64,000 nucleotides of DNA from Octopus vulgaris (taxonomy: Eukaryota). Under the pieces are notes generated by a model, which worked only from the letters and a program-made list of their open reading frames with translations, was not told where the DNA came from and did no database searches. Each line of letters starts with the position of its first letter. The first letter of the stretch is position 1. Made by a program: the position numbers and the translations under genes. Positions 1-14,759 of the stretch are shown here, piece after piece. The stretch is taken from positions 29,016,001 through 29,080,000 of the forward strand of contig OX597835.1 in assembly GCA_951406725.2 (NCBI GenBank), read 5' to 3'.

Positions 1-200
1 AAACTTGTTGACCTTTTACTGCGCCAGGCAAAATGCTTAGCGGCACTTCGTCCGACTTCACGATCTGAATACTGACGGCTTTGCTTTTCATCCTTTTGGG
101 TTGATGAATTAAGTACCACTTATGCACTGGGATCGATTTAATCTACTAGTCCCCTCCCACCAAATTTCATGCCTTGTGCCTTTGGTAGAAAGGATTGTTA
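1..200 (+). mobile_element. tRNA-derived SINE, family A (degenerate)
   Basis: aaatgcttagcggcacttcgtcc...ctttgcttttcatccttttgggttgatgaattaagtacc...gccttgtgcc matches the family A copies at 2259, 18296 and 48630. Confidence 0.75.
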
Positions 201-689
201 TTATCAATATTGGGGCTAAAGGAAAAATCAATTGGCTGGTCTGTTCCGGAGGGCTTTCGGGCCATTTCCGGTGCGAGATTAACTTCACAAATATGGAGTT
301 ATCGTCAACCGGTCCTGATCGGTGCCCGAGCAGTGCTGACTTGAGAGAACAGCCGCCGTCACGTGCAGGATTGATCCGTCTATCGCCGGAGTCCATAGTG
401 AGGATCGTTCTTCCGTCTTCCTTTGACCGTGAAGGACATGCAGTTTTTATCCGTCTGATGATCTTAGTGAAGAAGGTTGTGTGGTGCACCAGAATAAAAA
501 TGCTAATGATAGACATATTTCTGTTTGGTCAAGCCCTCGTCAGGTTTTTCAACTTTCACTCGAAAAAGTTAGGGTAGAGAGGGGACGCGCTGCCTTCAAG
601 TTGGGTGAATGTAAACAGTGGAGTCCAAGTAAATGGGCCTACTCTCAGCATGCGCTTTTTGATGGAGTGGGGACAACAGAGGGTAAGCA

Positions 690-1010
690 CTTGTCTTAGC
701 AATCAGAGTAATCTGTCATATCTCTCAACTTTTCTTTCTTCCTTATCGAATACCTTGACGTTAGCTGGGCATGCTACATCTATGATCGAACACAGTTTGT
801 TTTCATTCTTAATTAAGACTATTTCAGGTTTCCTATCCTCTATCTCGTTGTCGCACTGATCATAAAATCCCATAGGATCTTTGCATTTCTATTTTCGACG
901 ATGCCTTCAGGTTTGTGGTCTTATCAATTTTTTACTCCGTCAAGCCCATACTTGTTGCAAAGTGTCCAATGGACAAACCTGCTTATATTGTCGTGGCGAA
1001 ATCACTCACC
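690..1010 (-). mobile_element. R4/Dong-type RLE non-LTR retrotransposon fragment (restriction-like endonuclease region)
   Basis: Minus strand reads RHDNISRFVHWTLCNKYG...AKILWDFMIQCDNEIEDRKPEIVLI, matching the RH(D/N)...LWD...PD motif region of RLE LINEs; contains stops. Confidence 0.75.
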
Positions 1011-1019
1011 TTATTTTTT

Positions 1020-2258
<1,239 letters not shown>

Positions 2259-2475
2259 AAGGTGATGAGCTAGCAGAATCGTTAGCAAGCCAGACAAAAT
2301 GCTTCGCGGTGTTTCGCCTGCTGCTACGCTCTGAGTTAAAATTCCGCCGAGGTCGGCTTTGCCTTTCATCTTTTCAGGGTCCTTAAATAAAGTACTCGTT
2401 GAGTACTCGGGTCGATGCGATCGTCTGTCCCACCGCCCCACTAAATCCAGGCCTTGTGCCTATATTAGAAAGGAT
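2259..2475 (+). mobile_element. tRNA-derived SINE, family A
   Basis: aaggtgatgagctagcagaatcgttagc (A-box-like) ... gagttaaaattcc (B-box-like) ... ctttgcctttcatc; (ATT)n on both sides; a second degenerate copy lies at about 2700-2910. Confidence 0.85.
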
Positions 2476-2480
2476 TATTA

Positions 2481-2583
<103 letters not shown>

Positions 2584-2641
2584 CATTATTATTATTATTA
2601 TTGTTATTGTCCTCCTCCTCCTCTTCATCATCTTCATCATC

Positions 2642-2679
<38 letters not shown>

Positions 2680-3148
2680 TATCATCCTTATTATTATTAT
2701 TACTGGCGAACTGATATCTAATCGTTAGCATGCCAGGCGGAATACTTAGCAGTTTTTCGTCCATCTGAGTTCAAATTCCACCGGGGTCACCTTTGCCTTT
2801 CATCCGTTCAAGGTGGATAAAGTAAGTACCAGCTGAACACTGAGGACGATGTAATCGACTTCAACTCACCACTGAAATTACCGGCCTTGCGCCAACTTTT
2901 GAAACCATTGTTGTTGTTGTTGTTTGTATGTTTGTATGTTTGTATGTTTGTATGTTTGTTTGTTTGTTTGTTTTTCAGTCCCTGAATTACTGATGTAAAA
3001 GCTGGAGATCAGATAAATCCAAATTGATATAGTCGTCGAGGCGTCGGCTGCGGTGGGAAGCGGGGTGGCTGTTTTGAAATGTAAGCAATGTAGCTTTCTC
3101 TAGACAAATAACAGATGTTTCTACAGAGTAAAGTTACCTCTCTCTCTT

Positions 3149-3184
<36 letters not shown>

Positions 3185-3359
3185 TCTCTTTCTCTCTCTT
3201 GTCCTCTCTCGTTCTCTTTCTCCCTTGTTCTCTCTCTTTTTCTCTGTCTCTATCTATCTCTTTCTCCCCCTCTAACTTTATCTCTACACCTTTCCACTTT
3301 CCATCCAATCTCTGCTCTCCATCTCGATTATGTGGAGGGTGAGATACGTGCACGCGACT

Positions 3360-3402
<43 letters not shown>

Positions 3403-3629
3403 CACATATATATACATATATATATACATATATATATACATTTATATACGTATATATATATTTATATGTATATATATATATATATACATGTATATATATA
3501 TATACACACATATATTTAATTACATATCTATATATATATATATATACATATATTTAATTACATATATTTATATTTATATATATGTATATATATATACATG
3601 TATAAATGTGTATATTTATATAAATATGC

Positions 3630-3727
<98 letters not shown>

Positions 3728-3794
3728 AATGTGCCTGTGTGAATACATACAAACGTATAAATATATACTTACCTGTAGATAGATAGATAGATAT

Positions 3795-3835
<41 letters not shown>

Positions 3836-4425
3836 CTATGCGCTTGCACATGTATGTATGTATGTATGTATGTATGTATGTATGTATGTACTCACGTATG
3901 TATGTATGTACGTATATATTTTATGTATGCAGACATACATGTATAGGTGCACAGGTATGTAATACCTCAGGGAATTAAGCAACAGTTTTGTGATATAAGC
4001 TTGTGTTAGAATAGAGGAGTAAGGGCGAAAACCCTAAAACTACTCACACCATATGACAAAAATCTATCGCGGACGATTGTGTAGGTCCCCCTGCATCTTA
4101 ACGCTAACCACTGTATTGGGGCCCGAAATTATCATGCATGGTTGCTGTCGGGGAGAAACAGTTGCAGCTCCCTGAGTGAGATTCCTTAGTAACTTACAGC
4201 AAAGTCAGCAGCGCTTAAAGACGATTGTTGCAAGTAGCTTTCATGGTTGAATACACACTGCATGCCTTGAGAGTAATAACCTGAACACCTTTGAAAGATA
4301 TCTTGCGACTTTTTATATCTGTAGGTATGTTTATCTGTGTGTGTGTGTGTGTATGCATGTATAGATGTATATGTGTGCGTGTGTGTGTGTGTGTGTAGCT
4401 AAATAGACATACATATATATATATA

Positions 4426-4460
<35 letters not shown>

Positions 4461-4494
4461 GCATGAATATACGTATTTATACATATAAATCCTT

Positions 4495-4850
4495 AAAATC
4501 CTTAAAAATGTTTTAGCCTGAAGGCCGTGGCCATGCTGGGGCACCACCGCTGAATGAGCTACACTAATATATGAATACACCTCTGATACGTGGCACTTGA
4601 TCAACAAGGGAGTTCGATGCCGCTGCCCGCATCTGTGTCTCCTGTCGTGAGGTAGGTTCATCTGGGACCCCCGACAAGAAGAGATCCAGTTTAGTTTTAA
4701 AGAAACCCACATCCACACCATGCAAGTCTCTCAGGCATTTAAGGAGGATGTTAAAGAGCTGTGGTCCTCTGAAACCCAAGCTGTTGCAGTATCTGGTCCT
4801 GTATTTTGATGGTGATTTTGGAATCTTTGGCACCATGCAGTGGCGCCCCG
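4495..4850 (-). mobile_element. CR1/L2-group LINE 3' end (5'-truncated)
   Basis: GRHCMVPKIPK...YCNSLGFRGPQLFNILLKCLRDLHGVDVGFFKTKLDLFLSGVPDEP; 3' tail ggtgccccagcatggccac; homologous to 10858 and 53430. Confidence 0.85.
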
Positions 4851-4968
4851 TTATATATACATATATATGTGTGTATGTGTGTTTATGTGTGTACAAGTGT
4901 GTGTGTGTGTGCTTGTATGTGTGTGTGTGTGTGTATGTGTGTGTGTGTGTGTGTGTGCGCGCATGTGT

Positions 4969-5555
4969 ACAGGGTGCGTCAACTATTTGAGAACTGAAAT
5001 TTTTAAGAACCATAATTCTTTCAAATCTTACCTAAATATTCTTTCTTTTTTCAGCCCATACATCGAAGTTTCGAACCTACAAATGTAAACAACGAAGCTG
5101 CATGTTGTTTTGCCATCTTAGACGCTAACTGTCAGAGATTCTGCAATGGTAACATTCTTAAATCTCGTCAGGTCCTTTGTGCTTAAGATCAGAAAACAAC
5201 TCCTCGCCTCTGGCTGGAATGTGTATTCTTGTAGTCAAAAGAGAAAAAAACAAAACAAAAAAGAAAACAAACAAAAAAAAAACAACCTCGATGGCCAGAC
5301 ATTTGTCAGAAAATTCCAGTTTACTCTGCAAATCCATGACATCATTAACGAGAATTCCTGCAAGTCGGTGATGTCCATTGTCAGTCATCTCCAAATGTTG
5401 GAGTCAACGATTAGAATTGAAAAGCACGAAGACATTGAGTACAAAACCTGTGTTCTGAGAAGAAACCTGTGTTCTGATAATACCCGGGAGAACCGTGTGA
5501 TCCGGTCAAAGCACTTGCTGAACAAACACGAGTACCTCGAAGAACCAGACATGAT
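4969..5555 (+). mobile_element. Tc1/mariner (maT/DD37D-like) 5' fragment, decayed
   Basis: ta|cagggtg terminus; IHDIINENSCKSVMSIVSHLQMLESTIR...HEDIEYK...KHLLNK resembles the second HTH region of maT-like transposases. Confidence 0.6.
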
Positions 5556-5556
5556 C

Positions 5557-5775
5557 TTTACTCTTTTACTCTTTTACTTGTTTCAGTCATTTGACTGTGG
5601 CCATGCTGGAGCACCGCCTTTAGTCGTGCAAATCGACCCCAGGACTTATTCTTTGGAAGCCTAGTACTTATTCTGTCAGTCTCTTTTACCAAACCGCTAA
5701 GTTACGGGGACGTAAACACACCAGCATCGGTTGTCAAGCGATGTTGGGGTGACGAACACAGACACACAAACATAT

Positions 5776-5811
<36 letters not shown>

Positions 5812-5966
5812 ATACATACGACGGACTTCTTTCAGTTTCCGTCTACCAAATCCACTCACAAGGCTTTGGTCAACCCGAGTCTATAGCAGAAGACACTTGC
5901 CCAAGTTGCCACGCAACCATGTGGTTGGTAAGCAAGCTACTCACCACACAGCCACTCCTACGCCTA
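5557..5966 (-). mobile_element. tRNA-derived SINE, family B
   Basis: Head ggcgtaggagtggctgtgtgg, internal (TA/TG)n, tail gcatggccacagtcaaatgactgaaacaag(taaaagag)n. Confidence 0.9.
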
Positions 5967-6284
5967 TGCCACTCCTTCGCCTATCTGGCTCGTTTCTTTT
6001 TTTTCTTTTCTTTTATAGATGAGAAGAACTCTGACCAAGATCAAAAAGTGTACTGAAGGAATTAAAGACAGCTCTGTTCTAGTGCCCCTGAAGTTCGCAA
6101 TGTTATTCGCGCAAAGTTCCCATCGTCAGCGCTGGTCTTGTAGTTTACATTCCTTCAAAGTCTTAGGATCGATATGGCAGTCCCCGTCTAGACAACGCAG
6201 GCGGTTATCATGTCCTGGGCCTAGAGTGAGCTCATGGGAGGCCGTACTTTTTCCAGCAACACTCACACAACTTGCACAACCCGG

Positions 6285-6925
6285 AAATGGATGTCAGAAA
6301 ATTGTTAGGGTGTTGGATTCATGATCCTGAGATTGTGCTTTCAACTCCCGGGCATGGCAAGACACGTTGTGTTCTTGAGCAAAACACTTCATTTCATGTT
6401 GTTCCAGTTCACTCAGGTGGCAAAAATGAGTTATCCTGTGATGGACCGGCGTCCCATCCAGGTGAGGAATTTATACGCCATGAAAACGGCTCTTAGGAGT
6501 GAGTACAACTCGAAAAGAAAGTAAGGTAACTATATCTAAGATTAACTTATCAAATATGCTCTCACTGGTTTGTTATCATTTAACACTAGGTCAGTACTGA
6601 CCAAGTAATCCTTTGATCAAAGGCTTTCATGCTAGATGTAGCAGTCCTATCCAAGAATACCTAACACTGTGGAGGCGTGTGGCTTAGTGGTTAGGGGTGT
6701 TGGACCCCTGATCGTAAGATTGTAGTTTCTTTTCCTGGACCAGGCAACGTGTTGTGTTCTTGAGCAAAACACTTCATTTCACGTTGGTCCAGTCTACTCA
6801 GCTGGCAAAAGGGAGCAATCTTGCGATGGTCTGGCGTCCCATCAAGGTGGGGAAATCATACGCCATGAAAACCGGGAAACCGGCCCTTACGAGTCAGTAT
6901 GACTTGGGATGGTAACTTTACTCCC
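6285..6925 (+). mobile_element. two tRNA-derived SINEs, family C (about 6285-6535 and 6669-6925)
   Basis: gtggcttagtggttagg A-box, tgtgttcttgagcaaaacacttcatttcac CORE-like segment, gcgatgg..tggcgtcccatc. Confidence 0.8.
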
Positions 6926-8424
6926 TTTTTTAATTCCTAACATTTGGCTTCATAGCTCTCCTGATTTAACCCGACTACGTCTGTAGCGTCGTTGAGGGAG
7001 TGTCCAACAAGCATTCCCACCATACTAAGACTTGGGGACATTATAGCCAATATGAATACAAATCACCCTATTAAGGCATTTGGTCATTTCAGGAACTGTG
7101 TTGAGACAGTAATGGAGACTGATAGCGCTTATATTAAATAACATTTTGCACTGTAAGAATACGAGTACCAAATTTTATAAAAATATATTGGATCTTCGAA
7201 TAATTATTTTTGTGTTCGTTAAATTAAAACTTTGTTAATTTTCCATTAATTTTTTTTACGGAAATTTCTCGATGAATCTGTTAGGCGGAGTGAGTTCATT
7301 TCGCTTTATGTTGTGGAGAGTGGAGTTTTATTGATGTTTCTAGATTAAAATCCGATCGAAATAGAGTGCCTTCAAATGATCTTTTGAGTCACCTTACTCG
7401 ACAGGAAGCGTAACTCGGAGTCTCTCCAACTGATACCTCTCCTCATTGAAAGGTCAGAGCTCCCGTACTACAGACTTAAGACTACAATGTCACCGGAAAG
7501 AATCGCAAGCCGGATTCTTCAAGCCGAGCCAACCGGGAGGAGATTAGTGAGTAGACCATGACGGAAATCGCCGGATAATATCCATAGCCTCAGATGATCA
7601 TGCTTGAGAATCAAACAACAAAGTTTCATGGTGGTTGCTTCTGATAGGAACCCACGAAGGCGGTGCTTGAGGTCTCTACTTCCACGGTCCACCTAGGAAT
7701 AGTGTGCAGAGAATATAGATGGATATATAATCGTTACTGTTTTGTTGCTTTCCTATCGTGGGGACACAAGCATGTCATCTCACACTTCGTACGATGTCCT
7801 TTTTCTTTTTCTCTCCTATTAAACACTTCAAGAAATAAGTTTTAGTTGCAGAGGAAATATGCTTGGTTCAAAAGTTCATCGAGTGTCATTCCATTTGTCA
7901 AGTCAGTTTTTTTTTCCTTCTGCAAAAAATAAAAAAAAAATACTCAGCTTAGAAAAGGAAAGAATCTACGATTTGGTTTCCACCTTCCATCACTCTCCTT
8001 TTGTTCTCTCTCTCCCTCTCTTACCCTTTTTCTTCCTCACTCTTTCCCTCTGACACTCTCTCGTTCTCACTCTATCTTTCTCTCTCTCCCTCTCCTTTTC
8101 TTTCACTCCCCCTTGCTCTTTCTTTCTTTCTCACACACACACACACATATTCACACATACATACATTTTCCCATTTATTTTTATTCAGATAATTTTCAAT
8201 GTTGTTATTCATTTTCTTCATATTTTATCATTTTATAAAAATCAAGAAGTGCTCAAAATGTTTTTTTTTTAAAGTTCAATTCCCATTGACCATAGTATTG
8301 ATATTATTTATTTCTGAGTACATCGATACATCGATTATCTAAATTTCTAAATTTTTATAACTGAAATAACATTTTGAAAACTTTCTCCGAAAGCGCTAAT
8401 TTTCCTTTTTGATAACGCTCACGG

Positions 8425-8499
8425 GTATATGTATGAATGTATGTATTTATGAATATATGTATGTATGAATGTCTGTATGTAGGCATGTATGTGTGCATG

Positions 8500-8533
<34 letters not shown>

Positions 8534-8944
8534 ACTGTGTGTGTGTGTGTGCATGTTTGTGTGTATGCATGTATGTATGTATGTATGTGTGCTTGTATGT
8601 ATGTATATATATGTATGAATGTATCACTGTATGAATGTATGTATGTAAGTATGTATCTGTACATGTATGTATGTATGTGTGTCTGTATTTATGTATATAT
8701 CTATGTGTGCTTGTATATATGAATATATGTATGAATGTAAGTATGTATGAATGTATGTATGTATGCATGCATTCATATATATGTATATATGTGTGCATGC
8801 ATGTATGTATATACTTATTTATGTATGCCTGTGTGTATGTATGCATGTATGTATGTAGGTATTTATCCATGTATGCATGTATGAGTGTATGTATGTGTGC
8901 ATGTATGTATATACGTATGTATATGTGTATGTATGTATGCATGC

Positions 8945-8977
<33 letters not shown>

Positions 8978-9140
8978 CAAATATGTATGTTTGCACACAC
9001 GTATATATGTATGTATTTATGTATGCATGCATGTATGTCTGCATGTATGTTTGTATGTATGTCGATATATACATATACATATATATACATTCATACATGC
9101 ATATACGTATAGATACATATACATTCATCCATTTACATAC
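8425..9140. repeat. degenerate (TATG)n/(TG)n microsatellite
   Basis: Seen directly. Confidence 0.95.
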
Positions 9141-9949
9141 GCTAACACGCAATATCATTTGGCTTGTTTGATTGGTTGATAAAAAGTAACCACCCAAAAG
9201 GTAACCTACGTGCTTATACGTATATATATATATATATATATCTGTGTGTGTGCGCGCGCATGCGTGTGTATGTGTGTTTGTGGTGGTGGGTGCGTATGAA
9301 TGTATGTACGTATGTATGTATGTATGTATGGTAATTAAGGATGAAACGAATAGGTGTTTTGGGTACTGCTACATATGTTTGCGTAGCGTAATTTTATTTA
9401 GAACATCGTACATTATATAATTTGGCATGTAACAATATGCGAGATCATATAACATTATGTAAGATCATGTTTTCATAAAGCGCCACTTTGTCAGGTAATA
9501 TACCATTGGGTGTCATTTAGGTGGTATCTTTAGTTGATATACCACCAAAAGAATGGCAGCAAATATCCATCCATCCATACATGCATACATACATACATAC
9601 GTACGTATATACGCGCCTGCTTGTGTGTGTGTGTGTGTGTGTGTTTGTAATATATATATAATTTACTTTTCCTTTAAGGCAAAAATCAGCAAAATAGGTA
9701 CTCTATCTGGTGAGAAATAAATATTGCTTAATCTACAGGTATGAGCTACTTATAGTTTCATACGCTGGATATGCTGTCTAGGCAGGTTTTAATAACACGT
9801 CTGGAGTCACCAAGCTGTCTCTCAGATCTGAGCACATGGCCTATGCATGTTATATATCAGAACAATAGAAGCAGAGACTGCGAGAAAAAAAAAATGAGAG
9901 TAAGGTGGATGAAAAATTGGAAGGGTGAAGAAAAAACAGAAAAAGAAAA

Positions 9950-10560
9950 GAACAGAGAATTAGAGTAATTTCCTCTATGATAATACAGCTAGTTGATGTA
10001 AAGTCAACGGAAAAAGTCTAAAGTCTGCGATACAGCTGCTCAATCTGGAGAGGGTGGTGTTTTCCAATTCAATAAAAGAAACTAGCCTATATGTTTGCAT
10101 TTGCCGAAATTTCTAATCTGGAATTCAATAGTTCTGTAGAATTCTTAGATCTAAAAAGGAAATGCAATCTTTTAGCTACACATAACTTGCAGTTTTTAAT
10201 TCCATTAACATATGGCATGGATTTCCCATAATTTTCCACTTGATTATATGTAACATGGATTTGGACTTCAAACCCAATACGTGTCTAGCCAACTTAATGG
10301 CTTTACTTTTGCCTATGCGCTGGAAAGAAAATAGGTGATTAGCATAGCGTCTTTTGCAGTCGCATTCGCATAACCTCATATAACTCTTCTTTTCAGTTAG
10401 GTTATCATGTAGTGTTGCTATGACCTCTACCTCACTTACGATGGAGTCTATTATACACGTCTGGTGAAGTGGGAAGACACCAGAGTCTCTAGAGTTCCAG
10501 CTGGGTGTAGGCTCTGTTTTGGTGTTTACAGGTAACGGGGCACCAGCTATATGATAATTT
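9950..10560 (-). mobile_element. Penelope-like element GIY-YIG endonuclease fragment (decayed)
   Basis: Minus strand: EKKSYMRLCECDCKRRYANHLFSF...KAIKLARHVLGLKSK...IIKWKIM, then after a frameshift LLNSRLEISA; matches the K.YIG...FK.RY.NH..SF...LS..VW.LK...I.W.I...LLN.R.EI pattern of PLE endonucleases. Confidence 0.75.
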
Positions 10561-10857
10561 AATTGAGCGTCTGTTAAAACTGTTTCTATATTTGTGATTT
10601 CCTTGGAAATGCTTATCCAATAGAGACAGGAATCTCTTACCTACGTTACTTTTAACATTTAAGGATAATTGGGGGAGGGGGGGACCAAATTATTTTCCTA
10701 GGGATATTCTTTAAGTCTATTTTCTTAATTCCTATTATTAATTGAGAGTTTATAATATATATTATCTTTTGAGACACCATTAGATAAGCATTTCTCAGAA
10801 AATAACACACAAAAAACGAGTAAATATCTTCAGTGTAAAAGAAATTGAGGAAGTAAA

Positions 10858-11230
10858 TAGTGCCAAGAACCCCAAATTTGCCATCAAGATGTAGGACAAG
10901 ATACTGTGACAGCCTGGGCTTCAGAGGCCCACAGCTCTTCAATATCCTCCCGAAGGACCTGAGAGACCTGTATGTGGAGGATGCAGATGTCTTTAAAATA
11001 AAACTGGATCTCTTCCTGTCAGGTGTCCCAGATGAACCAACTTCACGGCAGGAGATGCAGATGAGGGCAGCTGCATCGAACTCTCTCATGCACCAAATGG
11101 CATTTGCTAAAATGCATTCGTGAAGTAAAATCATGTAGCAACACCAAATGGCGGTGCCTCAGCATGGCCACAGCTCGTGAGCTGAAACTAGATAAATTAA
11201 AATAAATAAAATAAATAAAAATAAATAAAA
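10858..11230 (+). mobile_element. CR1/L2-group LINE 3' end
   Basis: RTRYCDSLGFRGPQLFNILPKDLRDL...FKIKLDLFLSGVPDEP, 3'UTR and (AAAT)n tail; nearly identical to 53703-54068. Confidence 0.88.
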
Positions 11231-11401
11231 GTAACAAAACACCAAAATTTAATTTCTGGTAAGCATTGTTTTCTTCGTGCAGTGAATTTGACATCCATTC
11301 TTCCCGTGTGTTTACATATAGATTTAGCCTTACAGCGCCGATTACTTATATTGTGCACTCAGCCTCAGTGATTAAATATATATGTGTTTGTATGTACGTA
11401 T

Positions 11402-11655
11402 GTAGAGGCGAGTGGCTTAGTGGTTAGGGTGTCAGCATCATGATCGTAAGATTGTGGTTTCGATTCCTGGACCGGGCGACGCGTTGTGTTCTTGAGCAAA
11501 ATACTTCATTTCACGCTGCTCCAATCTACTCAGCTGGCAAAAATGAGTAACGCTGCGATGGACTGGCGTCCTGCCCAGCTGGGGAACACATACGCCATTG
11601 AAACCGGGAAACCGCGCCTATGAGTTTGGCTAGGCTTTAAAAAAGGCGCATTTAT
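11402..11655 (+). mobile_element. tRNA-derived SINE, family C
   Basis: gtggcttagtggttagggtg...ggtttcgattcctgg (A/B boxes), CORE-like segment, gcgatggactggcgtcc. Confidence 0.88.
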
Positions 11656-11716
11656 TTATTATTTATGTACGTATGTATGTAAATTAAATACTCATGAAGG
11701 AAAATGAGTTTTACAT

Positions 11717-11795
<79 letters not shown>

Positions 11796-12489
11796 TACAT
11801 ATATACTTACTATACACATACGCACCAACAAACGTACATATGTATGTATGCATGTTGATATGTATATGTGCAGTTAAGTATGTTCGTACATATATTTTTG
11901 TGTAACTTTTGTAAGGTTTGGCATGAAGTTGGCACGAAATGTCAAGTCCACTTCTCTCCACCTGATAGCAGCGGCACAATATTTAAAGCCGAAATTCGAT
12001 CTGGGGAAGTAGTTGAGTTTCTCAGAAACTGTCGCCTCAACATCATTAAAGTTTTACTTGGTGATGCCATCAGAAGCATCTAAGCAGGGGATTCTGTGAA
12101 GAACCGCACAGAGGGAAACGAAACACATAGTTCAAAATATGCTGAAGTGGGAGAATTATACCGAAACAACAGGTGATGTGCAAGAGACGATTCTCCTGAA
12201 GTGGGACGCCAAGTGGTTGTTTGCCAGTCCCTCTGTAGATCCAACAACATTCTAGGCATTAGAGGGAAATCCATTAAGCAGAAGGCCATCAAGTTCGCTA
12301 GTGAGGGTAGGTATGGATAAAGAGGTGTGAGGGGTGATTATGGGTGGGGTGAGCCAGCCTAGCACTAAATGGACACAAGCTGGTTCGCTCGGATATGGGT
12401 AGGTGTCTGATTGTTTTTTGGTTTATTTTTGGCGTGTCACATATTTTTACTGGTATTATCACCATAAATGTGCACATAGATTTATCAAA

Positions 12490-12568
<79 letters not shown>

Positions 12569-12969
12569 ATTATTATCATCATCATCATCATCATCATATT
12601 TGTGGAATAGCGTGTAATAAGATGCAACGGCTTTTTTGATGATCCTGATACTCGGTGAAACCGTAACAGCAGCAGCAACAATAACAATAATTATAATAAT
12701 ATTGGTGACGACAAGGATAATAATAATAGTAATAAATGTATGTATATATATATATATGTATGTATAAATATATATATATATATATATACATATATATACA
12801 TATATAATATATATTTATATACATATACACAGAGAGAAATATGCATATGCTTATATATACATACATAGAGCGAAATATGTATATGTATATATATATATAT
12901 ATATATACATACATACATATATATATTCTTATATATATACATATATTTATATACATATATATATACATT

Positions 12970-13001
<32 letters not shown>

Positions 13002-13375
13002 CATACACACACACACACACACACACACGAGTGATGTTCGTAGATTTGGGGTATCAGTTTCTATAAACATCATGTTTTGTTAGCCGGTTTAATAATAGGT
13101 TTAACGAGGGAACAAAGAGCGGTGCTGACAAGCTATCGCCCTGCTGATTATGTATGACGTTTAGATTTAATTGGCATGTTTTCACCTCTCAAACGTGTAC
13201 CATGTTTGCTTAGATTCCCAATAGCAATTACCAGTGGTTCTGACGCCGTAGTTAGTTGTAAAACTTTGATAAGACACCGATGGGAATTACAAATATTCCG
13301 CACATCTTTTCCTTACAATTATATTATTTTTATTTTCTTGTCTTCTTGTTTCTCTTTATCATGTCGCTTGTTCTA

Positions 13376-13413
13376 TCTTTCTGATGAAGATAATACTTCC
13401 GAAACGTTAAAGA
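13376..13413 (+). ncRNA. minimal type I hammerhead ribozyme-like motif (Penelope pLTR type)
   Basis: tcttt-CTGATGA-agataatacttcc-GAAA-cg-TT-aaaga: 5-bp helix I, intact core, palindromic ACGT in place of helix III, weak helix II. Confidence 0.65.
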
Positions 13414-13644
13414 AGTTTGCATTTTGCTGAGGATGAACTTGCTAACGACAACACATTAATTTTAATGCGAATTTGGTATTGCCATTTTGGGGCTGTTCAT
13501 ATGTTCTATCTATTTATCTATCTATCTATCGATTTATCTATCAGTCTGCCTGCCTGTCTGTCTGTCAGTTTGCCTATCTGTCCATATGTCCATCCATCCA
13601 TCTATCCATCATCTGTTTGTCTATCTGTCTGTTTATCTCTCTAT

Positions 13645-13715
<71 letters not shown>

Positions 13716-14394
13716 TATATATATATACATATATCTGTCTATCTAGTAATCGACCTGATTATATAATTATCACTCTATCTATTGTATCTGTCTGTGCATC
13801 TATCTCTGAATTTAAACGCGCGTTTCAATTGTAGAGTTTAAGAATTGATAGCTAGAAACAGAAGGTGAATGTCCACCTGGATTCTCAATCGATGGATATC
13901 TCATCAATTCCAGCTACGTTGGTGATATTTCTGAAATAAACGAATCCTCTCAGGGTTTACAAGCTTTTATTAGAAGGATACATCAACTATAAAACTGGAT
14001 TAAAGAAAAAGAGATTGTACAGGCGGCTGACTTGATCCAGAAATGTATTAAAAAACAAGAAACAAATATTAAAAACAAGAAACAAAGAAACACATAAGAG
14101 CGAAGCAGAAGTCTTCAGAAGGATCATAAAGAAATTATTGAATTGTTTGGATTGGTTTCAGATGATCGCAGTTTGCTGAGTTGACTGCATGAGTAACCGA
14201 GGAAAATTAAGGTGCTGCATGAAAGTAACAGGAGATTTATTGCAAGCATAAATGGTGATCGTTGACCACAGGAGTGAGTAATACCGACAGAGTGGTGAAA
14301 TCTCTATGGCCTCTCCTGTATTGTTACATATTCAATACAAGATCAGATGGAGTAATATGCATACATGCATAAGTACACATACACTTTATATCTG

Positions 14395-14451
<57 letters not shown>

Positions 14452-14483
14452 TTTATTTAAAAGCAGCAGAAATTTAACAAAAG

Positions 14484-14521
14484 CTGTTACTCGGAGTTTC
14501 ACGTTCCCGTTCGTCGGACAG
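14484..14521 (-). ncRNA. type I hammerhead-like motif with CCGACGA core
   Basis: Minus strand: ctgt-CCGACGA-acg(ggaa)cgt-GAAA-ctc(c)gag-TA-acag; lies in a 180-bp insert (14451-14630) between (TA)n tracts. Confidence 0.7.
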
Positions 14522-14628
14522 TTTTGTTAAGATGGAACCGAGATGACAATTCGATCCAAATTAACATAAACGATACACCTTTTGAGTACGCTTTTTTCCA
14601 CCTTGTTTCACATTTATGTGTTTACTCC

Positions 14629-14690
<62 letters not shown>

Positions 14691-14759
14691 GATATAGACA
14701 TAGATATATATACATACACATAGATGTATATGTGTGTGTGCGTGTACAAAAATATAAAA

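Noticed and set aside
510-550. Minus-strand CTGACGA...GAAA
   Set aside because: Helices I and III do not pair
109-577. Overlapping 135/151 aa ORFs in GC-richer sequence
   Set aside because: No recognisable domain; one end lies in a SINE; left unclassified
11402-11480. tRNA gene-like A/B boxes here and at other SINE heads
   Set aside because: They run into SINE bodies and lack a complete cloverleaf with acceptor stem
11920-12300. Possible very old mariner C-terminus on the minus strand
   Set aside because: Similarity too faint to support
12630-12670. TTGATGA-tcc..ggt-GAAA-ccg-TA-acagc
   Set aside because: Several mismatches and the 3' arm merges into (CAG)n; too weak to call
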